From the human T2T-CHM13v2.0 reference genome, Homo sapiens, in the NCBI RefSeq assembly GCF_009914755.1, contig NC_060935.1: a stretch of 64,000 nucleotides of DNA; one strand, written 5' to 3'. Below are positions 1 to 13,499 of the stretch, one piece after another. The notes beneath the pieces are model-generated. The model saw nothing but the letters and a program-made list of their open reading frames with translations. It was not told the origin of the DNA and made no database searches. The position numbers and the translations under genes were made by a program. Positions within the stretch are counted from its first letter, which is position 1. The number at the start of each line of letters is the position of its first letter.

Positions 1-884
1 GCAGGTGCACTGCACTGGGGGAAATCCCACTCGTCTGGACTACCAGCCACCTCAGAGCCAGCAAGCAGGAAAGACTAAGTGTGTTGAACAGGAGATCATG
101 ACTGCCTCCCCACAGAGGATCTGTCCCACTGGCCACCTCAGAGCCAGCAAGCAGGAAAAACTAAGTGTGTTGAACAGGAGATCATGACCGCCTCCCCACA
201 GAGGCTCTGTCCCAGGAAGACTGGGGTTCTGTCCGTAAACCCCTGGCTGGAGTTGCCGGAATTCCTGAAGGGAGGTGCCACCCAGTGAGGAGGGATGGAT
301 CCAGGTCCCACCTAAAGAAGCAGTCTGGCCACAATCTGCCACAGCTACTGTGCTGCACTGTGAGGAATTCTTCTCTGTCCAAACCGTCCGATCTTTCTGG
401 ACCAGCAGGGGAAAATGGCCAACTGAAACCGCAGTGATGGCTGCCTCCCCTCCCCCTGGGAACTTGGTCATCTTAGGCAGTCTCCAGCCTGCTGCCACTG
501 GCCACAACCCAAGCAGCCTCCGAGAGACTGCACAGCTCTGTGCTTGAGACCAAAGGCCCTGGTGGCATGGGCTCACAAGGGGATCTCCTCATCTGTGGGT
601 TGCACAGATCCATGGCAAAATTGTGGTTTCCCTGGCAGGGTAGCACATCACTAACTGCCTCCTTTGGCTGGGGTGGGAGTTTGCCTTACTCCATGCAGCT
701 CCCGGCTGGGCCATCACTCCACTCTGCTTTTCCTTGCTTTCCATGGGTCATGACAACCACCTAGTCAGTCTCAATGAGAGAACCTAGATACCTCAGCTGA
801 AAGTGCAGGATTCACTTGCCATTTTCATTTTTCTCAGTGGGAGCCACAGGCTAGAGCTGCTTCTAATCAGCCATCTTGGCCCCC
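1..884 (-). mobile_element. L1 5' UTR (older primate L1PA/L1PB type), continuing beyond the window start
   Basis: Minus strand begins GGGGCCAAGATGGCTGATTAGAAGCAGCTC, an L1 5' terminus motif, followed by GC-rich 5'-UTR-like sequence. Confidence 0.8.
46..214. repeat. Tandem duplication, 86-bp period, 2 copies, inside the L1 5' UTR
   Basis: gccacctcagagccagcaagcaggaaa(g/a)actaagtgtgttgaacaggagatcatgac(t/c)gcctccccacagagg begins at 46 and at 132. Confidence 0.9.
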
Positions 885-962
885 ACAATTATGCATTTGA
901 TAAGCTTTCTTTCCTGTAACTGTCCCAATTGCCTTCCAAGAAACTTACTTGGCTGCCTCCAG

Positions 963-964
<2 letters not shown>

Positions 965-993
<29 letters not shown>
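965..993 (+). repeat. Poly(A) tract of about 29 nt
   Basis: Read directly. Confidence 0.9.
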
Positions 994-996
<3 letters not shown>

Positions 997-2493
997 CTAT
1001 TCAGATAACACCTCTAAAATATTTGAGAATTAAAAATAAATAACTTTCCTATGTGCAACTTGGCAAGGCTGCAACAATTAGCCAAATCACCGGTTTGTCC
1101 ACTCTAAGACCGTCCATAGACTATGCGTAAGTTAATCTCAATGACACTCTGTATGCCTTTGGACTATGTAATATCAGCATTTTTTTCTGGCAAATGAATC
1201 CAAAGCCCCCATTTTATTAATAAGTATAAAAAAGGGACCCCACTGAGTAAGCTGTTTAAAAATACTGTGATGGTATAAAAAGGGTAATGGGTTTCTTAAT
1301 GCTTCAAGTGGACTCACAAAACTCCAGTGCTTACATTTTCAGAAATGCCTCCATGATGTGGGAGGAAAAGGCAGATAAAGCAGTCCATGTTGCTTCACTG
1401 ATGGTGGTAGCTTCTAATAGCACAGATTCATTCATTCTGAAAATTGAGCTTAGTAAGCACCCACTGGGGCCCACAGACTGAAATTGTCTCAAAAACATAA
1501 TATGTTATGCTTGAAAGTTTTATAAAATGGAATTCGTTGCAGACATAAAAATTGGGAGATTTCATTTAAAAATCTATATTATTCGTTTCTAACATAATTC
1601 AGATCTGAAATCCTGGGCCTGTATTCCCATATAGCAATAATCAACTGGAGTTGAAAAGTGTCTTTGCTTAGAAGAGAGCCCTATTCTTCACAGCCCCCAA
1701 GGGCTGCCTACTTCTAGCAGGCATGTGAATCTGCAGCCAATTAGCCTATTAAAGGGCTACAATTTGTGTAAATTAAGTGGAGCTCCCCATCGATTTTGAC
1801 CATTGCTAGCTAGAGCTCATGGCCAAGAAAGATTGAGTGATATTTAAGACCAGTCTTGGAATACTGAGAGAAAATGAACTGTACTCTAGCCACATCTGCC
1901 TCAGCAGAGGATAAGAAATCCTTTCTATTGTTGGCTTTGACAGGTAAGCCTGACAGTTGGGTTTTTCTGCCCTTGGAAGGAAGTGCTTTCATGGTCCACT
2001 AGGCTCCCACTCTGTTACTTTCCAAATGCAGGGTTCTAATGGCTTGTAGCTCTACTATATTTAATGTGGATTTAACTAGCAGAAACTTTAGAGAGTTTTT
2101 GAGCCCTTGAAAGTAACAGAGATTGAGAACAATTTAGATCCTTTGTTTCTTTCACTAAACAGACTTTAAAAGAAGACTTCAAGAGAAACTGAATCAGGAC
2201 ATACAAACACCTCTGCCCAAGGAATATAGCTATATTTCCATAATGCTTAGATGTGTATTCTTTTATAATCTGGCATTTCTGAAATCAAATCACATGTGAT
2301 GTGTACTTTTCATGTAGTATTTCCTTCCTCACAAACCCAGAAAAGCTATAATTAAATCAATGGTACAACTTTAACTTGATGAGATCTTAGAATGGAGAAC
2401 TATGAGAACCATTATTTGGTTTTAAGTTATTGCTTACGGAATGTCATCAGGATAGAGCCAAGTGATGCTTCTGAGTTAGGATCCAATAGAAGG

Positions 2494-2850
2494 TACAATG
2501 TACTGAATGTGTGTGTCCCTCCAATATTCATATATTGAAATCCAAATCCCCAATATCATGGTATTAGGATGTGGGGCATTTGGGAGTAGATTAGTTCATG
2601 AGGGTGGAGCCCTCATGAACGAGATTAGTGACTTTGTAAAAAAGAACCCAGAGAGCTCTCCCACCCTCCTTCTGCCACATGAGGATACAGCAAGAAGTCA
2701 GCATCTGAAGCAAGCCCTCACCAGACAATGAATCTTCTGACGCCTTGATCTTGGACTTCCCAGCCTCCAGAACTGTGAGAAATAAATGTTTGTTGTTTAA
2801 GTCACCCAGTCTATGGTATTCTCTTGTAGCAGCCCAAACTGACTAAGACA
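2494..2850 (+). mobile_element. MLT1A0-like MaLR solo LTR with 5-bp TSD GAAGG
   Basis: Matches the MLT1A consensus (gagggtggagccctcatgaa...ttggacttcccagcctccagaactgtgagaaataaa...gactaagaca). GAAGG occurs at 2489-2493 and 2851-2855. Confidence 0.9.
2722..2772 (-). CDS. PAMR1: PAMR1 alternative 51-nt cassette exon, phase 1-1, (L)LEAGKSKIKASEDSLS(V), derived from an MLT1A0 LTR
   Basis: Acceptor atttatttctcacag|TT and donor TCTG|gtgagg; 51 nt, no stop, in frame with the EGF exon. The peptide matches my recollection of the 17-aa insert in the long PAMR1 isoform. Confidence 0.85.
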
Positions 2851-2855
2851 GAAGG

Positions 2856-3350
2856 CAAGACTGAAAATCAAGAGAAATACAGACAATAGAAACACATTTA
2901 TAAAGAATACAGATAATGTTGTTATCTAACACTACTCAAAAATAACTATGCTGAATATGTTCGAGGAAATAAAACAAGATTGAGCAGAAGACTGGAAACC
3001 TTAAAAAAATAAACAAAGGAAACACATGGAACTGAAAAGTATAATGGCAGGAATTTAAAGCTCAGTAGATAAGTTTAATAGCAAATCAGATACCACTGAA
3101 GAGTATTAGTAAACTAAAAGATGGCTTAAAAAAACTCAGAATGAAGCAAAAAGAGACAAAAAGATTTAAAATACATGGGAAAAAATAAGGGACATAGGGG
3201 ATAGAGTGAGAAGGCTAAAAAATAAATGTAATTGGCATCCAAGAAAGAGAAGGGACAGAAAATGGAGTACAAATAATATGCAAAGAAATAATAGCTAAAA
3301 TTTTTCCCATACTGGTGAAAGACATCAACCTACAGATTCACAAAGTTCAA
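2856..3350 (+). mobile_element. Ancient L1 (L1M) ORF1-region fragment
   Basis: A-rich L1 ORF1-like sequence (aagaaataatagctaaaatttttccc...gaaagacatcaacctacagattca). Confidence 0.6.
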
Positions 3351-4959
3351 AGCCAGCTAAATATGAAGCAGCCAAGGGTTGGGGGAGAAACTAGAACATA
3401 CTTTAAAATAATTACAGTTATTATCTCTGGCTTATAACATTAAAAATAAATTTTGCTTCTTTATAATTTTTTCCAAAGTTCTATAATCAGAAAATGTGAC
3501 TGTAAAATTTTGTTATTATTTTTGTTGTTTCTGGGGTTAAGTACCTATCAAGCAAAATGGCTTGGGTCTTCCCTGCCAAGTGTCTAAATCTAGCATTATT
3601 CAGTCTTTCATGCCTATTTTTATGTGTTCCCATAGTCTCACCACCCCATAAAAATCTCTTTAATATCTTGTCTAATCATAGAGTAATATAATTTTCTATG
3701 AAATTATTTAAATGAGTTTATTCACTAGACTCTAATGGAAAAAGAATGGCCTTCAGGATCAGATAGATATGGGTTCAGATAATCATTTGGTTCCCCAGTG
3801 TCCAGAGCAAGCGTATAGTAGGTGTTCAATAAATATTTGTTGGTGGGTGGAAGGGATAAAGGGTTAAATATATTCATTCTTCCACTTAATGAACTAGGGT
3901 TTGGAAAAATTACATAATGTCCCCAAGCCTTGCTCTTCTCATCTGTAAAGCAGGATAACACTTACCTGGTTGGGCTTGTTCTGAGAAGTAACTGAAATAG
4001 CACAGTTTCCTTTTCCCTTACTTGCCTTTGTTCACAAAGCACCCAACTGCCTTTAAATGCCAATTTCCCAAATATATCTTAAAGAAAACCCCACAGGGAA
4101 GTACAAAAGCCCATTGTTGGGCCTATTCAAACATAATGCAATATTCCACTCCATTTTCTGGGCTCCTGGTAATGTCTACCCACGACGGCCTTCCATACCT
4201 CATTCCAAGGTGTTGATCACACTTCTGGGTGCCAACCACGGTGTCTGTACATTCGTATCTTTTAATCCTGCACAATAAAGCCTTCAATTGCATCCTACAT
4301 CAAACAACTACTCCCTTACCTCTCATTTATTTTCTGTACTTCCCAAAGCCACACTATCTCCTATGATGCTTTTTATGTGAATTCTAAGACTTGCCCTCCC
4401 AGTTTAGACATCTACCTGGTGGGTACATAGGCCATCTGCACCTCATCAGAGCTCCTCCCCAGGGTCAGATTTCAAAACAATCTTTTTTTCCTACTCATTC
4501 TCTTTTTAGAAACCTTTGTGTCTCGCCATTGAACTGATTCATGATTCTTTCCTATTTGAGTTTTTAATGAGTGTTTCATTTATCTTCAGTGGGATGGGTT
4601 TTTTTTGGTGCAAAGCCAAATGAGAATTTAAAATATTTGCATTTCTGGCCTGAAGGAGCATCAAGGTCCTGCTTCACTAAGTGAAATATTCTGTGATTAA
4701 TAATAAATAGCACATTGCCATGCTACTTTCAGGACTCATCCTGGAGACAGAAACACACTAGGTTTAGCATGCCCTTACATGCTATTGCATGAACAAAAAA
4801 TAGGAATCAAAGGTGCATTTCTCTGGGATATTGTTTCAGATAAATATTTAAAGAAAGACCTTTCTTATTTTTGTTTTTTTTCCTCCAGGCAACTGTATGA
4901 GGTGGTTCTCATGTAAACTGTCATGTCAGTTTACAGAAGCATATGTGATGGCTTTGGAA

Positions 4960-5442
4960 TGGCTCTACAATGAACACTTAAGTCTCCCAGATTCTTTTGC
5001 CAGCTCAAGGCACCCATTCCTCAACTTCTACATGAGTGCTTTGCAGCTGAGAACCGGCACTTACAACCTTCAGAGGACTGCCCTTGGGCATGGCCACCAC
5101 CCTGTACTTCATATGTGTACCTCATATGAGCTGAAAAATATCTAGGAGATTTTTGTCCCCCTAGGCCCACCCCAGGGTTGCCTGTAGGCAATGACTGATG
5201 GATATGGAAGTTTACAAGCCCAAACAGTGTTCCTGGAGGTGTAATTTATACCCCTCAGAGCCCATGAGATCAGGTTGAGTCTGGGAGTTCAGTTGAAAAC
5301 ACTCTTGCTTGATTCCATCCCCATTCTTATCTTGCTTCCCCAGCTCTGTTACTGGTTGATCCTGGGAGTGCTTCCTTTGATAAATCAGTTGGACCCAAGC
5401 ACGTGACTCAGGGACTGCTTGGGGAAAAAACTAACCTGAGAC
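4960..5442 (+). mobile_element. ERVL LTR16-like LTR
   Basis: Contains the caatgactga motif and ends ctcagggactgcttgggg...aacctgagaca. Confidence 0.55.
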
Positions 5443-7895
5443 AACTCTGCTGTTTTCTTAGCCCTAGACATCAAGGTCCCTCATGCCTTCCCTCAGTCTC
5501 ACTCCTGGAGGGGATGATATCACAAAGAGGTAGCTGTCTTAACCCTGGGTATCAGGGTCTGTGTGCAGCACTCCTAGGCAGTGAAAAGATCTTGGGGAGT
5601 ATGATTGGCCAAGCAAGTAGAGGCCAGGTCCTCGTGAGAGGACTTCCAACCTCCACAAATATGCTCGCCTTGGGCTCCAGGCCAGCCCCACACCAGCCAA
5701 GATGTTTTACCTGAAAGAATTAGGTAGTCTAAGACATTGGGCTTCCCTAACAAAACAGCATGTACCTAAAATCTGCCATGAGATGATTCCCTCTGATGAT
5801 TTGGTGCTGTCTGTGTAAAGCAAGTAACCTTTTTACAAGTCTGGGGCACAGAGGAGGTCCCAAGAATGACAGCGACTGCCTTTTTCATGAGCCTGAATTA
5901 CAGGTCTGAGAGATGGATTTTAGTGGATTCAAAGCAAGTAAAGTGACATCCTTTTCTCACCTATGTGACTGTCATACTCGACATAAAAGTAGCTGAGATG
6001 ACCAGGTCCATAAATTCTATAGGAAGTGGACATGATGATAGTGATATCAGGGAGTAACTATATCAGGAAAATGTGGAGTTATTTTCAGGAAAAGTGGTTC
6101 CTCAGTACACACTCATGACACCATTTTCTATGCCCTCCAGTAAAATCAATAATATTAAATGTGTGAAAAGGAAGTCCATACTCTTCATTCCTAACCTGGG
6201 AGTGGAGGCCCCCTCCATATCCTCTGATAAACACAAAACTTAGGAGTAGATCCTAGCTGTGATGAGACAACAGACCTCTTCTTTCATTTATTGCTATCCA
6301 CCAGTGTATGCCTGTCTATAATGAATGAATGAATCTAGAATTTTAATATGATACACCAGCCTTGCATGAATATATGTCTTTTCCTTTTGCTTAAGTCTCC
6401 AAGCCATAAGTTCAAAGTTGGAGATGAGAGCTACAAAAAGCCCCTAGAAGCCAAAGAGTTCAAGCACTGCTTTGCCTTTCAGAAGTCCAGCATGTCACAC
6501 AGAATGATGAAGTGTTATTAACTATTGATTTGATTCATTTTCTTAGATCTTCACACATTTAATGAGTGCCTCCTCTGTGCCCAGCTGAATAAGCCATTAG
6601 AAGATGTTTTTCTATATGTTTAATATAGAAATTTTTTATTTAAACCCTGAAATAGAAGAGATGCCAGTTCAAGATATTCTACTAAGGTGCTTTATACTTC
6701 TCAAGGCTCTCTCTAGCTTCACTTAAACACTTAACAGAAAAAAAAAAAAAAAGATTTGGGGCTTTCCTTCCACTTACTTATTCCCCAGGTCAGATTTTTA
6801 CCCAACACAATCTTTTTCAATCAAAAAAGAGAGTTAATAGTTCCAACTAGTACTTGAAGGGATGTCACTGCAGGAAATTCAATTTTACTTCTTTGGGCCA
6901 ACTCAATTCATTCTGACCAGAAAAGGAGAAAGACAGAGAGAGAGCAAGAGTAGGGAGAATAAATACATATATAATTTTTTTTTCACTTGCACCAATTCTT
7001 ACTAAGTGGCTAGTACCTTTCTTAACTTTGCTTCTATAATTACATCAGAGGATAAGTTGTGAACCAATGAATACAGTAAAGGTAACCATGGGTCCTTAGA
7101 TGAATTTGAATGAGGTGCAGGGTCTCAGCAAATACTAGCCAACCCCAGAAGTTGACTGTAGTCGGATTGTAGCAAAGATTTCATCAGGTGCAATTAATTG
7201 CAGTGGGTTCATACCACTTAGCCTGCCGTGCTGTCTGAAAAGAAATTTCTTAATCTACAGGTAGAATGCTGAGTTAAACGGAACCAAATTCTAATTTAAA
7301 TGCTTCTGCTGAGAATAATCATTGGAGATTTGTTGGAATTGGAGCTCCCAGTTTTATCCTATTTGTGTTCTCCCTGTGGTACTAGATAGAACTGTTGATG
7401 CAGAGATCACCATTTAACCAGGGCACATTTGTGTAGTTAATGCAGTGTGGACAATTGATCAGGGCACAATTACAAGAGATGAGACAATTAGAAGAGACCC
7501 AGAGGCACTTCTTTATGATAGGAGCAGCCATTTTCAAACATGCTGCATAGCATGTTTCAAACCCTTCAGTTTGAACAAACCCTTCAGAAGATACCAAATC
7601 CTCTGGGAAGTATTGTTGGCTCTCTCCACAAATAACACTGCAGTCTCCACTCACTCCCATGAACCTACAATGGACTAAACTTGCTCTTACACACAGAGAA
7701 GAGCTTGTGCATGTGCACACGTGTGTGTACAGAATATCAATTCTTAGATCTAACTTTTTTTTAAAATCAGCAATACAGATGATTCATATTTTGAGTATCC
7801 TTCAGATAATGCAACCCTAAAATATATGTTAGTCAGCATTGATCAAAGGCTTCTCTAATAGTTTAGAGAAACAACTAGATGGTGATCTACCTGAC

Positions 7896-8397
7896 TGTGG
7901 TACTTAATTTTATGTGTCAACTAGACTGGATCATGAAATGCCAGATATCTTGTTAAGCATTATATCTGGGCATGTCTGTGAGGGTGTTTCTGGAAGAGAT
8001 TGGTGTTTGAATTGGTAGAACGAGTAAAAAGGATTGCTCTCCCCCAGTGTGGGCAGGCATCATCCAATCTGTTGAGGGCCAGAATAGAATAAAAAGGTGC
8101 AGGAAGGGATAATTTGGGTTATCTCTCTGCCTGAATGCTTGAGGGGGAATCCATCTCTGCCCTCAGCACTCTTGGTTCTTAGGCCTTCAGATGCTTACTG
8201 AAGTCTACACTATTGGATCTCCAGCCTTCAAATTACACCACTGGCTTTCCTGGTCTCCAGCTTGTAGACAGCATATCATGGCACTTCTCAGCCTCCATAA
8301 TTGTGTGAGCCAATACTTTGTGTGTATGTGTGTGTGTATACACATATTTATATAAATTCTATTAGTTCTGTTTCTTTAGAGAACCATGACTAATACA
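7896..8397 (+). mobile_element. MLT2-family (ERVL) LTR
   Basis: Starts tgtggtacttaattttatgtgtcaactagactgg and ends attagttctgtttctttagagaaccatgactaataca. Confidence 0.85.
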
Positions 8398-8449
8398 AAG
8401 CTGTAGACCTCTATTAAGTTAGCTCCTCAAGGAAACACCTTCATGAGGT

Positions 8450-8860
8450 GTCTTAGGTTGGGTTCTCCTAGAAGCCGCCTGTTCGACAAGGCTTTGAGTG
8501 CAAGTAGTTCATTTAGGTGACAATCTTAGGAAGAACCAACAGTGGAGTGAGGGAAATGAGATGGGGATTATTATAAATGAGAAAGGAGATAAGACTGCAT
8601 TATCAAGGAGGTTACCACAGGGGATTACTGAGGCTGAATGATGTTCAGAAACTCTGGGAGACAGTGTGGAGCATGTCTCATCATTATCCTACTCACAGAG
8701 GAAGGGATATGAGTTATTACCTACCACTTGTCATTAATCATTTGTTGAAGGATGATGAGATGAACATTAACTCTTCATACCTCCCATTTGCCCACCTATA
8801 GGAGCCTGTGCACCCTGAGAGCCAAAGAAAGCCTCAGACAGGGTAGAAGGAGCATAAAAG
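8450..8860 (-). mobile_element. ERVL LTR16-like LTR fragment
   Basis: tgtcttaggttgggttctccctagaagc...tttgagtgcaagtagttcattt is the reverse of an LTR16 3' end. Confidence 0.5.
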
Positions 8861-11146
8861 TACAAGACAGCTGGGTTAGCATGCACAGAAATGGTAAACA
8901 TAATCAAGTCCAGCTACCTTTTTCTTTTCAGGAAAGGGAGAATGATCTACTTTTTAGAAAGATATAATATTTGAAAAATCAACATTTCTATAATTTATAA
9001 AACTGAAGTGAACAACATTTTCTCAGCACCCATCCTTAGATAAGGGGAAGAAAGGAGTAGATGTTAGAATAAAATCAGCAATGGTTGCACCCCCAGATGA
9101 ATGTGTGTTCATTCACTTTCTTTTAATCTCTATCCCATCTAATGCTCTATTTTTTTATTGTTCTTGTTCAGCTTCCAAATTATTTTATTTTACTTTAATT
9201 ATTTGTACCCTGCTTGCTTTCAGAAAGAGTTTGCAGTGATTTACAAAACTATACATACAAAACATGTATTTCTTTTTTTGCAAATGTTATGTTAATGAAA
9301 TATTTATGATTGCCAGATACCACCTGAGCTAAAAACCAAGTCAGGCAGGTACTATTCTGTTTCTCTGATATGAGCTGGGTTTTGGAGCTATAAGATTATC
9401 TGAGAGTTCCAGCAAAGGAAACAGATCCAGAGTCAGCAAAATTGATGACTGTCATCTAACTGGTAGTAAGGGCCAGGGATGGAGAGATGTTTGTCTCAAT
9501 TCTTAGCATACTCTTGGCATCCGCCCATTGTCACTTGTCACCAAAATCAAGGAAACAACTTGTGACAGAATTTTGGTTCTGTTTAGAAAAGGCATTAACT
9601 TTCTCATCAGGGCATTGTTCATCCTGGAAATCTACTTAACATGAGGCCAGCTCTTACAGACAGCATCACATGGCCTCTCTTCTCTTCCTCATTTTTTCCT
9701 GTTCAGCTTATATTTGAGTTTTGTGTCTCTGGACCAAACCAAATATTTTTTACTCCCAGGAAGGTCTTCACCAACCAGGAATAATGACACCAACTGGTGA
9801 TGTAATCCCCACTGAAAACTCTTTTGATCCCTTTCCAGCCAATGGAATTCTTCCCCCCTGATGTTTTCCAGCCCTCTGGGGGTGTGAATGAGAAATTCTC
9901 ATTCTCTCTCTATGTGAAATTATGCTTGGATTGCACACACTGTTATTTTTTCATCCGGCAGCAATTTAGAGGCTGAGGCTTACAATTAGCTATTTGATCT
10001 TAATCAGTATTGTCCTTGGGCATGGTACACTATGTCTTTCGGATACCACTTTTCCGGTATTTGGATGGCCTATTTATTTAGACAGCTGAAACTGCCTGTG
10101 CCTAAGAGACAGGTCAACTTGGAAAATTTTTGAAAAGTCCTAGTCATTGTATTTCTTCTTCAAAATCAACCTGACACATTCCCATTTGACAGTGTAGATG
10201 GGTAGCCTATGTATGTGTTAGAAACTTCACCATCCTCTACTGAATCTGCTTGGTAACATTAGTTTTCTTGGGGCTTCCCCAAATCTCAGAAGATTTCTGC
10301 TTCAGCTCCTTGGGGGTGGGTGATAACTCTAAACTACTGGGGGAAATGTTCCCCAGTGGTATTCATAGCCAACTTCTCAAACTATAAGAAATGGCCTGAG
10401 CTGGGCATTTCTGTTCTGTTTAGCCTTGGGGATGAAGAGAATGAACTTGCAGAAGATTCCTCGGCTGCTAGGCACATTTGAGTCCTAGGAGATCCCACCC
10501 AGTTCCTGGCATACTGGAAGCATGTAATAACTTTCATCATCACCATCACTATTACCAAAAGCCTTGCTAGAAGAAGCTGTAGCTGGAAACTGCATGGCAT
10601 GTAACATTCTTCTAAAGACTAGGAAAGGGCTAAGATTGGAATTGTTCCATAGCTTTGTCAAAAGGAGGGGAAAATATATACTGGATAGCCCTGCCTTATT
10701 TCCCCAGTGCCTGGTACCTCATAGACACTCAAAAATGTCTAGCTGGATGAATCTGTAAAGTGCAGGTAATCAAAGTATCTACTACATGGGAACATTGAGA
10801 CAAATAAATGGGTCACGTCACATAAAGCCCAGAGCCTGGCCTATATTAACGATAGAGAGAATAATGACTATTGCTTTAGTACATGGATACCAACAAGAAT
10901 ACCTTGCATTTTGCAAAGAGGAAGCTTTCATTTTCTGACACAGGAGGAGGGACATGTAGTTAATGCCCTGCAAGGGGAGGGACAAGTGGTAAATGTCCCA
11001 CAAGGCAGATACCTTTAAGGAAATGTGGGGTTCTATAACCATTGCCAACAGGCTGGTGTCTGTCTTGGGTCCCATAATGTCAGGGATACTTGTTTCCAAC
11101 AGAAGTTAATTGTGCTATGCTCTCACTGTTTGTATCCTCCTCTTTC

Positions 11147-11909
11147 TTTTTTTTTTTTTTATATACTTTTTTTCTATACTTTAAGTTCTAGGGTACATGT
11201 GCACAACGTGCAGGTTTGTTACATATGTATACATGTGCCATGTTGGTGTGCTGCACCCATTAACTCATCATTTACATTAGGTATATCTCCTAATGCTTTC
11301 CCTCCCTACTCCCCCCACCCCACAACAGGCCCTGGTGTGTGATGTTCCCCTTCCTGTGTCCAAGTGTTCTCATTGTTCAATTCCCACCTATGAGTGAGAA
11401 CATGCATGTTTGGTTTTTCGTCCTTGTGATAGTTTGCTGAGAATGATGGTTTCCAGCTTCATCCATGTCCCTACAAAGGACATGAACTCATCCTTTTTTA
11501 TGGCTACATAGTATTCCATGGTGCATATGTGCCACATTTTCTTAATCCAGTCTATCATTGTTGGACATTTGGGTTGGTTCCAAGTCTTTGCTATTGTGAA
11601 TAGTGCTGCAATAAACATACGTGTGTGTGCATCTTTATAGCAGCATGTTTTGGGTATATACCTAGTAATGGGATGGCTGAGTCAAACGGTATTTCTAGTT
11701 CTAGATCCCTGAGGAATCGCCACACTCTTCCACAATGGTTGAACTAGTTTACAGTCCCACCAACAGTGTAAAAGTGTTCCTATTTCTCCACATCCTCTCC
11801 AGCACCTGTTGTTTCCTGACTTTTTAATGATCGCCATTCTAACTGGTGTGAGATGGTATCTCATTGTGGTTTTGATTTGCATTTCTCTGATGGCCAGTGA
11901 TGATGAGCA
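11147..11909 (-). mobile_element. 5'-truncated young L1PA 3' end (ORF2 C-terminus + 3' UTR + polyA), TSD about cct(c/t)ctctttc
   Basis: ORFs 11388..11618 and 11682..12104 give L1 ORF2 C-terminal peptides ([19 protein letters not shown]...). TSD at 11136-11146 and 11911-11921. Confidence 0.92.
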
Positions 11910-12453
11910 CCCTTCTCTTTCAACCCTTAGTAGGTAGACAGTCCATCCCAGTTCTAATGAATTACCTCTTAACCCAGAACCCAAATACAATCTGCCTGCC
12001 ATGTTAAGTCCTGTCTCAGTGACCTCATCTGCCAAAGCAAAAGCCAAAAGGCCCTTGGCAAGAAGCAGACAGGTGCAAGCAAAGCGTAAGCAAAGCGTTA
12101 GCAAAGCAATGGTGGGTCTGGCCCTTTCAACACTGATGGGTGCTCTGTTCCCAGCTCTTGGAGGTAGTCTTGCTGCATTGTTTACATGGCTTCACTTTGG
12201 TATTTGGCTCTAGCCTAGGTATTTGGCTAGAATGCTGTCCATGCTGAAATAATTCCTGAGTAGCAAAATACACCCCTTATGTCAGAACCCCTAAGCCTCT
12301 TGCCCTGCATGAGACATAGCAATGTTTTGGTCAAGGCCCATGGAGCCCAGGATAGTTCATACTAAGATGTCACTTGGGCTAGGTAGACCCAAGCTCATCT
12401 CACAAGGATTGATCTAATTGAAAAGAAAACTTTTCCCCAAAATTAAAAAAAAA

Positions 12454-12484
12454 AACACACATACACACCCACACACACACACAC
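12454..12484. repeat. Imperfect (CA)n microsatellite
   Basis: acacacatacacacccacacacacacacac. Confidence 0.75.
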
Positions 12485-12817
12485 CTTGGTAACTATAAAA
12501 GGGCAGCTTCTACTATGTTCAGTGGCAGCTTTTGTTTTTTGGATCTAAATCCAAATGGGATGGCATCCCTCTGAACACACCAAGGAGGACATTACAGATT
12601 CATTTCATATTAGGGAGGGTAAGTAGATGAGAGACCCAGGTAATGTGTAAGAAGACAGTGGCCCACTAGCTAATGGTCTTCCTGGGCTCCTCCAGTCTGC
12701 AAAGGCTCTGGGCTATCAAGTACATGCGGGTAATAGCCACGGATTCCTTGGGACTGTTCTCCATGGAATTAGCCCTATGCCCTTCATACCCTCTCAAGAC
12801 AGATTGAGCCTTTGTTT

Positions 12818-12935
12818 TTCTCCCTGCCCCTTTAACAAAATACCAAAATGTTACTCTGAAGTCTTGATTGCTCCTTTTTTTTTTTCTTCTCCCTGTCCGT
12901 TTAACAAAATACCAAAATGTTACTCTGAAGTCTTG
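12818..12935. repeat. Direct duplication, 69-bp period, with an exact 36-bp core
   Basis: tttaacaaaataccaaaatgttactctgaagtcttg at 12831-12866 and 12900-12935. Confidence 0.9.
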
Positions 12936-13499
12936 TCTCCAAAATGACCAGCAGGGGACTGACACAGCCCACACTAAATAAGTGACCAATAAAACCCCAT
13001 GAGAAAAAGGGAGGCTGGCCAGATAACATGATGCTTTGAGCAACCTGCTCTGGAGTGTCCGAATCTAGTTTCTCCCCATCATTACTCTATTTGTCATTTC
13101 TAACAGCTCCCTCCCAAGGCTGTCCAGGTTACCAAGCCTCAGCATTCAACATGCCTAATGTGGGTGTCTTTTCCTGGGATTCAGTATTTCTTTACAACAG
13201 TGACACTGGCACCACCTACTTGTCCTTTTAAAAACAGATCTTTCTTGCCTGTATGTTGGTGCAGTGGTGGCAATATTTAGTGTTTAGCAATGGCTTGAGG
13301 AGGTTTGCAAAGGAAACTCAGAAAGTCTTGGGAGAGTTTTCTGAAATCCTAGGACTTTGAGAAAGTTATGTCATAATTGTCCAGATTGTAGAAACTAGTG
13401 TTGTTGCCCTAGTCCCTTATCCAGGGAATCCCTTACTTTCTGCCATACTTTTAAATGGCCGTAATGTGGAATCAGAAACAGTGGGATGGCTCCTATTAC

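Noticed and set aside
11025-12104. Several ORFs of 76-140 aa
   Set aside because: L1PA 3' UTR/ORF2 remnants.
12666-13043. 125-aa ORF with repeated QDFRVTFWYFVK
   Set aside because: The peptide repeat just reflects the local DNA duplication; no other coding evidence.
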